This document shows, piece after piece, positions 9,458 through 19,097 of a stretch of 64,000 nucleotides of DNA (position 1 is its first letter; each line of letters starts with the position of its first letter). The position numbers were made by a program, and so were the translations under genes. Origin of the DNA: Candidatus Magasanikiibacteriota bacterium. GTDB lineage: Bacteria > Patescibacteriota > Patescibacteriia > Magasanikbacterales > 2-02-FULL-50-9b. The stretch spans positions 3,702 through 67,701 of the forward strand of contig JAHFHU010000002.1 in assembly GCA_023246755.1 (NCBI GenBank), given 5' to 3'. The notes below the pieces were generated by a model. It was not told where the DNA came from. It did not search any database and was given only the letters and a program-made list of their open reading frames with translations.

Positions 9458-10240
9458 ATGGAGGCTCCCATCGTCACGGCGTTGTACATGGTAGATAACT
9501 GGCTCGCACGGATTGGCAAAAAACAGAGCGATCTGATGCCCCACAACTGGAAGCGCCTCGCCGAAAACGCACTTTTCATGATGCAACTCGCTGGAGAGAC
9601 CGCTGATTCTCTGCTTGGGTTCGTGAACATGCACCGAGCACCAGAACAGACCGTGACTCTCAACCAACTGCGCAAAATGATCACGTCAGGAGACGATGGT
9701 GATTTGATGGCGCTGTGTACGGTCGCGTTCATGTGCAAGTTTGAACCACAAGCACTCTTTGTTTCTGACCTGAAAGCCAAGTTGGCCGAGTCCGCAAAGA
9801 CCGAGGCACTTCGCCTTGTCCAAGACATCACATTCAAGTCAAGCATCATCGGGGACATCCACAGTTGCCCCAAATGTGCGTTCATCCATAAGGAAATTGT
9901 TCCAGCCGCGAAGTTCTGTCCCCAGTGCGGCATGAGTCTCGCTACGGGCGTAGCACCGCAGGCGAACAATGTAGTCAACGCAGTGCGGATTCCGGTGGGT
10001 GATTCGCAAATGCCGCTGCTCGATCGCAGCTGCAATAGCCTTGAATTTTCGGTGCGTGTATGGAACTGCTTGCAAAATACCAATATACGCTTTGCTGGAG
10101 AGCTTGTGCAGAAAACCGAATCAGAGCTGTTGAAAATCGAAAATTTTGGCCGCGAGTCGCTCGGGGTAACCAAAGACGCGCTTGCGGAGCTGGGCCTCAC
10201 GCTCGACATGGACGTCCGCGGTTGGAAACCTCCGACCTGA
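9458..10240 (+). CDS. zinc-ribbon protein with RNA polymerase alpha-subunit C-terminal-domain (alpha-CTD)-like domain
   Basis: The C-terminal ~65 aa (LLDRSCNSLEFSVRVWNCLQNTNIRFAGELVQKTESELLKIENFGRESLGVTKDALAELGLTL) follows the helix-hairpin-helix alpha-CTD pattern. CPKC…CPQCG zinc ribbon. The N-terminal domain is unknown. Confidence 0.5.
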   Translation: MEAPIVTALYMVDNWLARIGKKQSDLMPHNWKRLAENALFMMQLAGETADSLLGFVNMHRAPEQTVTLNQLRKMITSGDDGDLMALCTVAFMCKFEPQALFVSDLKAKLAESAKTEALRLVQDITFKSSIIGDIHSCPKCAFIHKEIVPAAKFCPQCGMSLATGVAPQANNVVNAVRIPVGDSQMPLLDRSCNSLEFSVRVWNCLQNTNIRFAGELVQKTESELLKIENFGRESLGVTKDALAELGLTLDMDVRGWKPPT

Positions 10241-10264
10241 AACCACGGCTCAAACCCATCCCAA

Positions 10265-10307
10265 CCCACCGCATAGAGAATTGTCTCGTGCGGTGGGCTG
10301 TTTTTTT
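10265..10307. terminator. intrinsic terminator (bidirectional: A-run/T-run flanks)
   Basis: CCCACCGCA…TGCGGTGGG 9-bp stem followed by CTGTTTTTTT. Confidence 0.6.
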
Positions 10308-10527
10308 AAAAAAACAGTTCGGCACTCACGGGTGTACCCCTCCCTGGTACACCAGCAAACGCCGAACTTGGTTCAAGTTACCATTTATAAACACAGTAAG
10401 TCAAACGATATTGTCAAAAATATGTCTATACTACCGTATACAGTGTTGATAAACCTGTGGAAAAGTAGTGCATATCTGTGGAAAACTCAATGTTTTTCGA
10501 AGTTTTTAAAAATTGTACACGCTTTCG

Positions 10528-10556
10528 TTGACAAAATCGTTTTTTTATGGTATAGT
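10528..10556 (+). promoter_or_regulatory. consensus sigma70 promoter TTGACA-17-TATAGT with no ORF downstream
   Basis: cgTTGACAaaatcgtttttttatggTATAGTatc. Predicted TSS ~10563. Confidence 0.55.
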
Positions 10557-10562
10557 ATCTTC

Positions 10563-11020
10563 GTGCTCATGAAAGCTTGATCGAGTTACGGTCCGAGAGA
10601 CGCTGTAACTCTCGCTCTCATCACACACCCTATAACGACTTCCTCATCGGAAGATCAAAATAGTTCTTTTGCACGAGTTCCACCACATAGTTCTTTGCCC
10701 GCGCATTCGTCCATCGTTCACATTTCAAATCGTTCCACTTTTCTTTCAACGAGAAAGGCGTGAATACTGGTAGAACGGTCTTTCGAGACAGTTCCCACTC
10801 ACGATCCGGTGTTACCTCGCAAAATTATGAGGTCAATTAACACCACGCAGAAGGATTAGATGCGAACAACAACAACACAACCCGCAAGATCGATATCCTC
10901 GAGGTCGTCTCACGATGTACCTCAAGTAGTGTCCGTCTTGCACAAGGCTCGTGGCTCACCGATTAACTACATTGTTTCGGGTGATTGCCCGAGCCTTTGC
11001 TATTTTATACAGGTTTTTTA
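10563..11020 (+). ncRNA. candidate large ORF-less transcript (unassigned ncRNA or long leader)
   Basis: ~460 nt downstream of a consensus promoter with no ORF >60 aa. Local hairpins (GAGTTAC…GTAACTC, CTTCC-TCATC-GGAAG). It ends in a weak T-rich hairpin before the dksA promoter. Confidence 0.25.
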
Positions 11021-11038
11021 TTTTCGCCGCCGCTGGTG

Positions 11039-11067
11039 TTGACATGTGCCGCCGGTAAATCTATACT
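11039..11067 (+). promoter_or_regulatory. promoter TTGACA-17-TATACT for the dksA-like/lspA unit
   Basis: gtTTGACAtgtgccgccggtaaatcTATACTgc. Confidence 0.55.
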
Positions 11068-11098
11068 GCAGTAATATTCGTCATTTGTTGCGCGCATT

Positions 11099-11464
11099 AT
11101 GAACTCATCATTTTCAAAAGAATTTCTTGCAGAAACCAAAGAGACGCTTGAAAAACAAAAAATCCGCCTCGAGCGGCAAATTGGTGACCTCACCAACAAA
11201 GAAACCGGCTCAGCATTCCCGAGCTATGGCGAAGGTGAGGACGAAAGCGCCGAAGAAGTCGCGACATACGACGCGAATCTACAATTGCTCGATGCAAATC
11301 AGTCGGAATTGCGTGATGTCAATGAGTCAATGGTTCGTCTTGAAAAAGGAACCTACGGCATTTGCAAATATTGCAACAACCCCATTGACGAGCAGCGACT
11401 TCGGGCGCGCGCAACCTCGAGTTCGTGTGTGGCGTGCAAAAAAGCTTTAACGCAGGAGCTGTGA
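11099..11464 (+). CDS. DksA/TraR-family C4-type zinc-finger protein
   Basis: Coiled-coil N-terminus, then C-terminal GTYGICKYCNNPIDEQRLRARATSSSCVACKK C4 zinc finger as in DksA/TraR. Confidence 0.6.
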   Translation: MNSSFSKEFLAETKETLEKQKIRLERQIGDLTNKETGSAFPSYGEGEDESAEEVATYDANLQLLDANQSELRDVNESMVRLEKGTYGICKYCNNPIDEQRLRARATSSSCVACKKALTQEL

Positions 11465-11487
11465 CACAAACACGAAGGGGGGGAACA

Positions 11488-11913
11488 ATGTTACGTTTGG
11501 CGACGGCGGCAGGCCCAATTTTTTTGGTCGCAATCGACCGTTTGCTCAAGATGGCTGTCGAACAGCCTTTTTTTGATGGCAGTTCAGCCCGAATCGGCTG
11601 GCGATTTTTTGCATTTGAACGATTTCATAACAGCGGCGTCGCATTTGGCTTACCGGTTCCATTCTGGATCGTGTTGCCGCTCACCGCAGTTTTTCTTGTA
11701 TGGCTCGTCGTCTGGGCTCGACAAACGCGCGCACGTCACGCACACGCCGCGCTTGCTGCGATTTTTTTCGGCGCCGCATCCAACGCGTTTGATCGAATAA
11801 TGTATGGCTACACCATCGATTACCTCCGAATTATCGATAGCATCATCAACTGTGCAGACGTAATGATTGTGGGCGGGATTTTTTTGCTCATTTTTTATAA
11901 AAGACAAACGTAA
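11488..11913 (+). CDS. lspA: lipoprotein signal peptidase II
   Basis: Four TM segments. NSGVAFG and NAFDR…DY motifs of LspA. Start chosen at MLRLATAAGP. Confidence 0.7.
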   Translation: MLRLATAAGPIFLVAIDRLLKMAVEQPFFDGSSARIGWRFFAFERFHNSGVAFGLPVPFWIVLPLTAVFLVWLVVWARQTRARHAHAALAAIFFGAASNAFDRIMYGYTIDYLRIIDSIINCADVMIVGGIFLLIFYKRQT

Positions 11914-11930
11914 CTTAATTTTAGGGGGGT

Positions 11931-13397
11931 ATGATTACACAGCTCTGCAGCGCAACGCTCGTTGGTATCGGCGCGCAATTGATCACTGTTGAGGCCGAAG
12001 TCACGAGCGGGCTTTCGCATTTCATCATCGTCGGACTGCCTGACACACGCATTCAAGAGGCGCGCGACCGCATTCGCTCAGCGATTAAACAGTCGGGATT
12101 CATATTTCCCTATAATTTTCGGATCACGGTTAATTTGGCGCCATCGGATTTACGCAAAGAAGGAACATGGCTCGATCTGCCGATTGCGCTCGCGATTTTG
12201 AGCAAACAACTCGAACTGTCATCTCAAGCGCTCGAGGATTCTGTTTTTGTCGGCGAACTCGCGCTCGACGGATCGGTGCGATCGGTGCGTGGAGTTTTGG
12301 CGGCAGCAAAAGCTGCGGCGGCCGCGGGCAAACACGTCGTATACGTCCCCTGCGAGAACGCAGACGAGGCAGCGCTGGTTGACGGCGTTGTTGTGTATGG
12401 AGTTGCAACGCTCCACGCGTGCATCGCGCATCTTCGGGGCAACATCGTGCTCGCCGCGCACCCCGCAGCAACGACGGCGTCGCGACCTGACGACGCAACG
12501 ACGCCAGCAGCAACCATCGACATGGCAAACATCGTCGGTAACGAGTTTGCGAAACGCGCACTCATGATCGCGGCGGCGGGCCGATACCATTGTTTGCTTT
12601 CCGGACCGCCCGGCGTTGGAAAAACAATGCTCGCCCGTGCGTTTGTTGGGATATTGCCACCGCCCTCATCGCGTGAGATTCTCGAAATAACCGAGATTTA
12701 TTCGTCGCTCGGAATTGGTGTGGCTACGTCACGGCCATTTCGCGCGCCGCATCACAGCGCATCAACATCGGCGCTCGTCGGTCGTTGGGGCGGACATCGA
12801 TTAAAACCGGGCGAGATGACACTCGCGCATCGGGGCGTACTTTTTCTCGATGAGCTGCCGGAATTTGCGCGCAATGTTCTTGAACAATTGCGTCAACCAC
12901 TCGAATCCGGGGCGTTAAATTTGTCGCGCGCGGAAAATTCTGTGTCACTCCCCGCGCAATTTATTTTAATCGCAGCGCAAAATCCGTGTCCGTGTGGTTT
13001 TTTGAACGATCCTGCGCGTCAATGCACCTGCACGCTTCAACAAAAACGCGTATACGATAAAAAAATTTCTGGTCCGCTGCTCGATCGCATCCACATTCAT
13101 TGCGAAGTTGCGCAAACGAATCTTTCGCAAATTGCGCACCCTCAAAAAACGCAGTCAAGCGCTCAATTGCGCGAGATGGTCATCACCGCGCACAAATTTG
13201 CCGCCGCCCGCCACGGAGCAGACACAATCCCCGCAAAAACACACGAATTTGCCGTTGCGGCTGCGGAAAAATTGCAACTTTCAACGCGAGGGCTTTTTCA
13301 ATTACTTAAAATCAGTCGCACGATCGCAGATCTTGCGTGCAGCCCGACCGTCACGCACGCGCACGTTGCCGAAGCGCTTCAGTATTGTCGGCGGTGA
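11931..13397 (+). CDS. comM: YifB/ComM-family Mg-chelatase-like AAA+ ATPase
   Basis: N-terminal Lon-like domain (…VEAEVTSGLSHFIIVGLPDTRIQEARDRIRSAI…), Walker A GPPGVGKT, and C-terminal ChlI-like region. Confidence 0.85.
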   Translation: MITQLCSATLVGIGAQLITVEAEVTSGLSHFIIVGLPDTRIQEARDRIRSAIKQSGFIFPYNFRITVNLAPSDLRKEGTWLDLPIALAILSKQLELSSQALEDSVFVGELALDGSVRSVRGVLAAAKAAAAAGKHVVYVPCENADEAALVDGVVVYGVATLHACIAHLRGNIVLAAHPAATTASRPDDATTPAATIDMANIVGNEFAKRALMIAAAGRYHCLLSGPPGVGKTMLARAFVGILPPPSSREILEITEIYSSLGIGVATSRPFRAPHHSASTSALVGRWGGHRLKPGEMTLAHRGVLFLDELPEFARNVLEQLRQPLESGALNLSRAENSVSLPAQFILIAAQNPCPCGFLNDPARQCTCTLQQKRVYDKKISGPLLDRIHIHCEVAQTNLSQIAHPQKTQSSAQLREMVITAHKFAAARHGADTIPAKTHEFAVAAAEKLQLSTRGLFQLLKISRTIADLACSPTVTHAHVAEALQYCRR

Positions 13398-13414
13398 GAT
13401 GAAACCGCGCGCAC

Positions 13415-14827
13415 CTAACGAATATATTTAATCGGATTCACCCGACGACCGCCGATGATAACTTCGAAATGAAGATGCGAACCGGTTGAGCGACCGGTGG
13501 TACCAACCATTGCGATCACAGATCCCCGAGTCACTTGCTGGCCCGTTGCGACAAAAACTTTGCTGTTGTGGCCGTATCGAGTAAGCATGCCGTTGCCGTG
13601 ATCAATTAAAATCATGTTGCCGTAACCACTATTGTTCCATCCTGAAAAAACAACGGTGCCATCATCCGCAGCATACACTTGATCCGTGTAATCACCATTA
13701 ATATCAACGCCCGGATGGCCACCACTAAAAAATTGCGTGATGCTGTGCTGACGTGTTGGCCAAAATAATTTTTCGCCGGGCGCGAGCGGTGCGCGCTGAA
13801 TCACCTCGGGATGGTCTTGTGGTGTCTCCGGAGTAACGGGTTGAAAATCCGTGGTTTCCGACGTAGCCGCAGGTGCCGTTGATGGTGATGCGTCCGGCTG
13901 CTCATTTGATTCCGGAATCGCGGCCGGCTCTGGCTTCGCTGGCTTTGGTTGTGGGGCCGCTGCAACCGCGACCTGCACACCCGGAATGACGAGTGACTGT
14001 CCTTTTTTCAATTGCGCAGTCGCGAGTAAATCGTTTGCGAGCGCGATCTGTTTACTCGTCAACTTAAACTTTTTTGCAACATCCGCAACAGAGCCCCCAT
14101 TTTTCACGGTGTAAACAACGCCATCTGTTCGCGGAACAATAATCGTATCGCCTTGATGCAACACGCTTGCTGCCTTCAAATTGTTCGCCCACAATAACGT
14201 CTCAATTTTCAAACCAAACTTTTTTGCGATTCGTGCGAGTGTGTCACTCCGCTGCACGGCATAATGTTCGATTGGTTTTTTTTGCGCTACCGTCGGCTCC
14301 TCCGGTGGCGGCTCTTCCGCGCCGAGCGGAGCCTTTCCAACATTTCCGGTATACGGAAACACGTATGCAACCGCACCGCCGTTATGATAAATCGTCGTTG
14401 GAATTTGCTCCGTGAATTCATTAAGATCGATGCTCGATGTAACATCCGATGCCTGCCAATCAATTTCTGATGAAATCAGTTTCGTTAAAAATAAGCTGTG
14501 CGAACCGACGATCACACCCGGAGCTGTTGACGCATTAACCGAGCTGAGGGTGAGAAAAAAAACCATCGCCGTTGCAAAAATAAAAACCGACGTGCTGTTG
14601 CTGAAAAAAATTTTTCGTCGCGTCCACGGATCTTCGGAAAGTTCGTTATACGCGCGCCACTGACGTCGCGTGATTTGATAAATCGGAGCGATAACGAGCG
14701 GGATGAGCGGATTCAGGACTACGATCAAAAATCGTCCGGTAGTTTGTCCGAACCACACAACAAGACGCTTGAGTAAAACAAGCGCCCGCACCAGCGATAG
14801 AAGGACTTTGAAGAAATGACGCTTCAC
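13415..14827 (-). CDS. LysM-domain M23 family metallopeptidase
   Basis: Two LysM repeats (YAVQRSDTLARIAKKFG…; YTVKNGGSVADVAKKF…). C-terminal M23 motifs HPGVDI…HLHFEV. Confidence 0.8.
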   Translation of the reverse strand: MKRHFFKVLLSLVRALVLLKRLVVWFGQTTGRFLIVVLNPLIPLVIAPIYQITRRQWRAYNELSEDPWTRRKIFFSNSTSVFIFATAMVFFLTLSSVNASTAPGVIVGSHSLFLTKLISSEIDWQASDVTSSIDLNEFTEQIPTTIYHNGGAVAYVFPYTGNVGKAPLGAEEPPPEEPTVAQKKPIEHYAVQRSDTLARIAKKFGLKIETLLWANNLKAASVLHQGDTIIVPRTDGVVYTVKNGGSVADVAKKFKLTSKQIALANDLLATAQLKKGQSLVIPGVQVAVAAAPQPKPAKPEPAAIPESNEQPDASPSTAPAATSETTDFQPVTPETPQDHPEVIQRAPLAPGEKLFWPTRQHSITQFFSGGHPGVDINGDYTDQVYAADDGTVVFSGWNNSGYGNMILIDHGNGMLTRYGHNSKVFVATGQQVTRGSVIAMVGTTGRSTGSHLHFEVIIGGRRVNPIKYIR

Positions 14828-14921
14828 AATGTGCTTTTAAGCATACTATGGTATCATTTGGACGTCAACCGCGTTCAGGGCAAAAAAGAAATTAATTTGG
14901 CTAATTTGAGATAAAAAAACT

Positions 14922-16148
14922 ATGATCCCTGCAATTATTTTTTCAACTTTTATCGCCGTCTGCACCATCATTGCCGCGCTGTGGCTCTCTGAATTTCGCC
15001 GCGCGCCCGATGAGACGATTCCCGCAACAATTCACCCGATTCTTCCCGCGATCGGCGTCGTGCTCATCATCGCGATTCCGGCGCTCGGGTATTTTTTTTC
15101 AATCGGCGTCGCAATCGTTTTCATTCTTGGTATGATCGCATCATCGATCATCGAATATTTTGCAAAAAAAATCCACGCAGAAAATTCTAAACACTCACTG
15201 TTTCCCTTGTGTGCGCTCGCGTGTTCGATTCTTGTGTACTCGCTACTTTGGACTATCGCCGGCACAGGAACAGCTCTCGTTGCGCTCGCGACGGGCGCGC
15301 TAACCATTTCGTTTTTAACGCGCGCGACAAACGAACTCCAGCCGTTTCTTGTCACCACAGTCGGCGTGCTCGGTGCACATTTTTTTTATGCGGGGTCAGA
15401 ACGTGCGGTTGGATTTACGCTCGCCTTACTTGCCGTCGGCTGCGCCTCAACGTTGATCAGTATTTTTGTTGCAACGCATTACGCATGGAAAACCCCGCAG
15501 CAGATGTTTCACGGTGCGTGCATTGCATTTTTTTTATTCGGACTCACGACGACATCGTGGCTGCTCGAATTTAAACCACTCATGATGGTCGCATGTGTTG
15601 GCGTTGGGCTTGTGTGCGCAATCGCATGCACGCGCATACACAAACCATGGATCCCCCTCGCCTGTATTTTTGTTGGATTGAGCGCGGGCTACTCTCTCGC
15701 AGAATTTTACGGCATCATCATCGTGCTCCTTGCGTTTTATGCGTTAATCGGAAATATTCGTCTGCTAAAATTCACAGAGCACCGTGTCAGCATCGATATT
15801 TTTTTGCTCCTCACCATTTTCATTTTGTTTGTTCACAGCATCACCGTCGCCGGACGCTCGATTTTATTCGAGCTCAACGACCCGTACATTCTTGCAGGAA
15901 TTTTAATGAGCGGCGCACTCATGTACGTGTCTGCCTCACAACGAGAAAAACCGCTCATGCTCATCGCTCCTGTTGTTCTCACGTGCATCAGTATCGCGCT
16001 ATTTCAAAAAACGCACGGCGTCGTCGTGTTGTGTGGCATGTTGTTTGGCTTAGTAGTTCGTGATATTTTTGAACGCACGATCACGCCGCTGATCCAAACC
16101 TATCTGTTCATCGGAATGCTGCTCGTTGCGGTGGTTTTTCGTCCATAG
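14922..16148 (+). CDS. polytopic integral membrane protein, function unknown
   Basis: About 12 hydrophobic segments. No catalytic motif recognised. Confidence 0.5.
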   Translation: MIPAIIFSTFIAVCTIIAALWLSEFRRAPDETIPATIHPILPAIGVVLIIAIPALGYFFSIGVAIVFILGMIASSIIEYFAKKIHAENSKHSLFPLCALACSILVYSLLWTIAGTGTALVALATGALTISFLTRATNELQPFLVTTVGVLGAHFFYAGSERAVGFTLALLAVGCASTLISIFVATHYAWKTPQQMFHGACIAFFLFGLTTTSWLLEFKPLMMVACVGVGLVCAIACTRIHKPWIPLACIFVGLSAGYSLAEFYGIIIVLLAFYALIGNIRLLKFTEHRVSIDIFLLLTIFILFVHSITVAGRSILFELNDPYILAGILMSGALMYVSASQREKPLMLIAPVVLTCISIALFQKTHGVVVLCGMLFGLVVRDIFERTITPLIQTYLFIGMLLVAVVFRP

Positions 16149-16155
16149 CCGAGTC

Positions 16156-16184
16156 TTGCCAAGTTCGCACCTGCGTGCTAAAAT
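16156..16184 (+). promoter_or_regulatory. promoter TTGCCA-17-TAAAAT upstream of tig
   Basis: tcTTGCCAagttcgcacctgcgtgcTAAAATac. Confidence 0.5.
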
Positions 16185-16210
16185 ACGCCTACTTTTAGAA
16201 TTTTCTTCTT

Positions 16211-17500
16211 ATGTCTGCCATCATCAAACAACTTCCAAAATCACAAATCGAACTCACGATCACGGTCGCGCCGGAACAGATGCAGCCTTATCTCATGGCC
16301 GCAGCGAAAAAAATTTCCGAGGAAATTAAAATCGCGGGATTTCGTCCGGGCTTTGCACCCTATGATGTTGTTGCTGCGCAGGTTGGCGAAATGAAAATTT
16401 TGGATGCCGCACTCGAACATGCGGTGCGCGAAACGTTTGTCGAAGCAATACGCTCACACGAACTCCGCACAATCGGCACACCTGATATCGCAATTGAAAA
16501 AGCTGCGCCGAAAAATGAATTTATCTATCGCGCGACTGTTTCGGTTGTGCCTGCGGTGACGTTGCCAGATTTTTCGAAAATTTCAATCGCGATTAAAAGC
16601 GAGCTGGTGACTGATGCGGATATTGATGCGGTGATTGTTGATGTGCGCAAAATGCACGCAGCGCTCGAAGACACGCTGGACGCGGTTGGTGAACATGATC
16701 AGGTTACGGTTGATATGCATTTATTCGATGGCGCGGTTCCGCTCGAAGGCGGACAGGCGCTCGGTCATGTGGTGCCGCTCGACGAGCCGTATTACATTGC
16801 GGGCTTTGTTGAAAAATTAATTGGCGCGCACACGGGCGACGAGCTATCATTTGAATTACCATTCCCCGCTGATCATTATCAGAAATTATACGCGGGCAAA
16901 AATATTACGTTTAAAGTCAAGCTAACGAAGGTACAAAAACGCGCGTTGCCGGAAGTCACCGAAGAGTTTGCAAAAAAACTTGGTGTCGAATCGATTGCCG
17001 AATTGCGTGCGAACATTTCGAAAAATATTTTGGTCGAACACACACGCAAAGCTGAAGATGCGGCGGATATTGATATGCTGAAAGCGGTGATTGGCGCTGC
17101 AACGTTTGGCGAGTTGCCAGAAAATTTAATTGATGCGGAGCGACGCAAACTCATGCAAGATTTAATGCACAGTTTGCAACAACACGGCATCGCGGCTGAA
17201 CAGTATTTTTCTGACATGAAAAAATCTCCGGAAGAATTGCAAGCCGGTTTCACGGATCAGGCGATTGAGCGCGCGAAGATGGGTTTGGTCACACACATGA
17301 TTTCAGTTGAACACAAACTTGAGGCGACAAAAGCAGAACTCGAGGAGGAATTGAACGCAATTCGTGAGGCATACAAAAATAACGCGGACGCGATCAAGCG
17401 TTTGCAAACGCCGGATGTGCAAGAATCTGTTTTGAATTCATTGCGCAACCGAAAAGTGATGGAGTGGATGCGTGAAAAGATGATCGCCGCCGCACATTGA
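16211..17500 (+). CDS. tig: trigger factor
   Basis: Ribosome-binding N-domain, FKBP-like PPIase region and C-terminal arms. GFRPG motif. Confidence 0.85.
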   Translation: MSAIIKQLPKSQIELTITVAPEQMQPYLMAAAKKISEEIKIAGFRPGFAPYDVVAAQVGEMKILDAALEHAVRETFVEAIRSHELRTIGTPDIAIEKAAPKNEFIYRATVSVVPAVTLPDFSKISIAIKSELVTDADIDAVIVDVRKMHAALEDTLDAVGEHDQVTVDMHLFDGAVPLEGGQALGHVVPLDEPYYIAGFVEKLIGAHTGDELSFELPFPADHYQKLYAGKNITFKVKLTKVQKRALPEVTEEFAKKLGVESIAELRANISKNILVEHTRKAEDAADIDMLKAVIGAATFGELPENLIDAERRKLMQDLMHSLQQHGIAAEQYFSDMKKSPEELQAGFTDQAIERAKMGLVTHMISVEHKLEATKAELEEELNAIREAYKNNADAIKRLQTPDVQESVLNSLRNRKVMEWMREKMIAAAH

Positions 17501-17562
17501 CATTTTTTTGTTTTAGTTATAGGGTTTGGAAGGGAATCACTCCCTTTGAAAGGAAGTTGGCC

Positions 17563-17880
17563 ATGCCAAAGAAACCTCGTAAAGCAGAGAAGCCGATCAT
17601 AACGACATGGTTTGATCCGCAAAAAGACCTCGAAGGGTACACCGAACGTCGCGGCGCGTGGATCGCAAAGGTGATGCAGGATGGACGTTACCGGCTAGCC
17701 TGCGAACTAACCGAGGAGGGCGCTGTTATGCGTTTACTCAAGCTGCTTGCGGAGGAAAAGCTTCCCAGCATGCGGGATCAGTTTGTGATCGAACGACAGA
17801 AATCTTACAACGGCATCCAAACACCATCTGACGAAGTGCGTCCGTGGAAACGCATGCGCGAGCCAGACAAAATTGCATAG
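17563..17880 (+). CDS. hypothetical protein
   Basis: SD AAGGAAG before ATG at 17563. 105 aa with no recognised domain. Confidence 0.45.
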   Translation: MPKKPRKAEKPIITTWFDPQKDLEGYTERRGAWIAKVMQDGRYRLACELTEEGAVMRLLKLLAEEKLPSMRDQFVIERQKSYNGIQTPSDEVRPWKRMREPDKIA

Positions 17881-17888
17881 GAGGAATC

Positions 17889-18350
17889 ATGGCAGACCTT
17901 TGGGACAAAGATGAGTTTATTCGTTATGTTCGAAATTCAAATCTCGTTCGCGCTCTCGAGTACGCTCGGGAAAAAAATACGCCTGAAATGATTGTCCGGC
18001 ATTACTTGCGTGTTGAATTCTTTGATGCGCTGAACGCGTGCGAATATGTGGTTGCTTGTGGCATCTCATTATGCACGGGTGAGCGTTTTGATAAATTCCG
18101 GCTTGACGAGCTCACCGGCCTTCAACTCGTTGCCGTTCGCGGCTATATCAAAATGATCAACGTGATGATTGATCCGCGTGTCGAGGACGAATTTCAAGCC
18201 GTTCTCGCGTTGTCACAACCTGTTGACGGTCTCAAAAAGAAAGTCGCCGCGGCCATCAGCGAAATGCTGGCGATTGATGTCAAAACGCTCGCAGACAAAG
18301 TCAGGATCTATAACACGCTGTTGCCGCACCTCGTTTTGGCGACGAGGTAA
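17889..18350 (+). CDS. hypothetical protein
   Basis: SD GGAGG before ATG at 17889. 153 aa, no recognised domain. Followed by a terminator. Confidence 0.45.
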   Translation: MADLWDKDEFIRYVRNSNLVRALEYAREKNTPEMIVRHYLRVEFFDALNACEYVVACGISLCTGERFDKFRLDELTGLQLVAVRGYIKMINVMIDPRVEDEFQAVLALSQPVDGLKKKVAAAISEMLAIDVKTLADKVRIYNTLLPHLVLATR

Positions 18351-18381
18351 CGGGTAGAAAAATCTCAACAACCCACACAGA

Positions 18382-18430
18382 CGCCATCGCTTTTCCAACA
18401 TCGGATAAAGTGATGGCGGTCTTTTTATTT
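18382..18430 (+). terminator. intrinsic terminator
   Basis: CGCCATCGC…GTGATGGCG stem followed by GTCTTTTTATTTT. Confidence 0.6.
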
Positions 18431-18449
18431 TATCCACCAGTTATACACA

Positions 18450-18479
18450 TTGACAAGGAGAACGTATGTTCTCTATACT
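18450..18479 (+). promoter_or_regulatory. lexA promoter TTGACA-18-TATACT with embedded LexA (Cheo-type) box GAGAACGTATGTTCTC at 18458-18473
   Basis: Perfect 16-bp palindrome with core GAAC-N4-GTTC (the Gram-positive-type LexA operator consensus CGAACRNRYGTTYC). It sits in the promoter spacer immediately upstream of lexA. Confidence 0.75.
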
Positions 18480-18514
18480 CTGATTAAGAGTACGATCCTT
18501 CTTAACCATTTTTT

Positions 18515-19096
18515 ATGACACAGATTTTGTTTGAACAGCGCAAAAAGGAGTTGGTCAAATATTATCGCCGATTTCATCGACTTCCCTCGTATGATGAATT
18601 GGCTGATTTATATGGTGTAGAATCAAAAGGTTCGCTGCATAAATATGTAGAAAAATTCGTCGAGGAGGGATTGGTTTGCAAAACTGATGGCGGCCGATTG
18701 ATTCCTACAACTAAATTATACGGCTTGCGCGTTTTGGGAACGGTGCAGGCTGGTTTTCCGACCGCAGCCGAAGAAGAGCTGGTGGATACGTTAAGTTTGG
18801 ATCAGTTTCTGATCAAACATCCTGAGGCTTCTTATATGTTGACGGTTTCGGGCGACTCCATGATTGAGGCCGGCATCATGCCGGGTGACATGGTGATTGT
18901 TGAGCGCGGACGCGCGCCGAAGCCGGGAGAAATTGTTGTTGCCGAAGTTGACCATGATTGGACCATGAAATATTATTTGCGTCGTGGAGACGAGGTCATT
19001 TTGCGACCCGCAAATAAAAAATATCCGGACATTCGCCCGCGGCAAGAATTAAATGTTGCGGGTGTGGTGACAAGCGTGATCCGTAAATACAAGTGA
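18515..19096 (+). CDS. lexA: LexA repressor
   Basis: N-terminal winged HTH plus C-terminal S24 peptidase domain. The Ser in GDSM and the Lys follow LexA spacing. Confidence 0.9.
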   Translation: MTQILFEQRKKELVKYYRRFHRLPSYDELADLYGVESKGSLHKYVEKFVEEGLVCKTDGGRLIPTTKLYGLRVLGTVQAGFPTAAEEELVDTLSLDQFLIKHPEASYMLTVSGDSMIEAGIMPGDMVIVERGRAPKPGEIVVAEVDHDWTMKYYLRRGDEVILRPANKKYPDIRPRQELNVAGVVTSVIRKYK

Positions 19097-19097
19097 T

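Noticed and set aside
9406-10269. 287-aa minus-strand ORF antisense to the alpha-CTD-like gene
   Set aside because: Ser/Arg-rich low-complexity translation with no motif. The plus-strand frame carries a recognisable domain, SD and promoter.
12130-12590. several 100-140-aa ORFs on both strands inside comM
   Set aside because: Arg/Ala-rich antisense or out-of-frame products of a GC-rich, Ala-rich stretch of comM.
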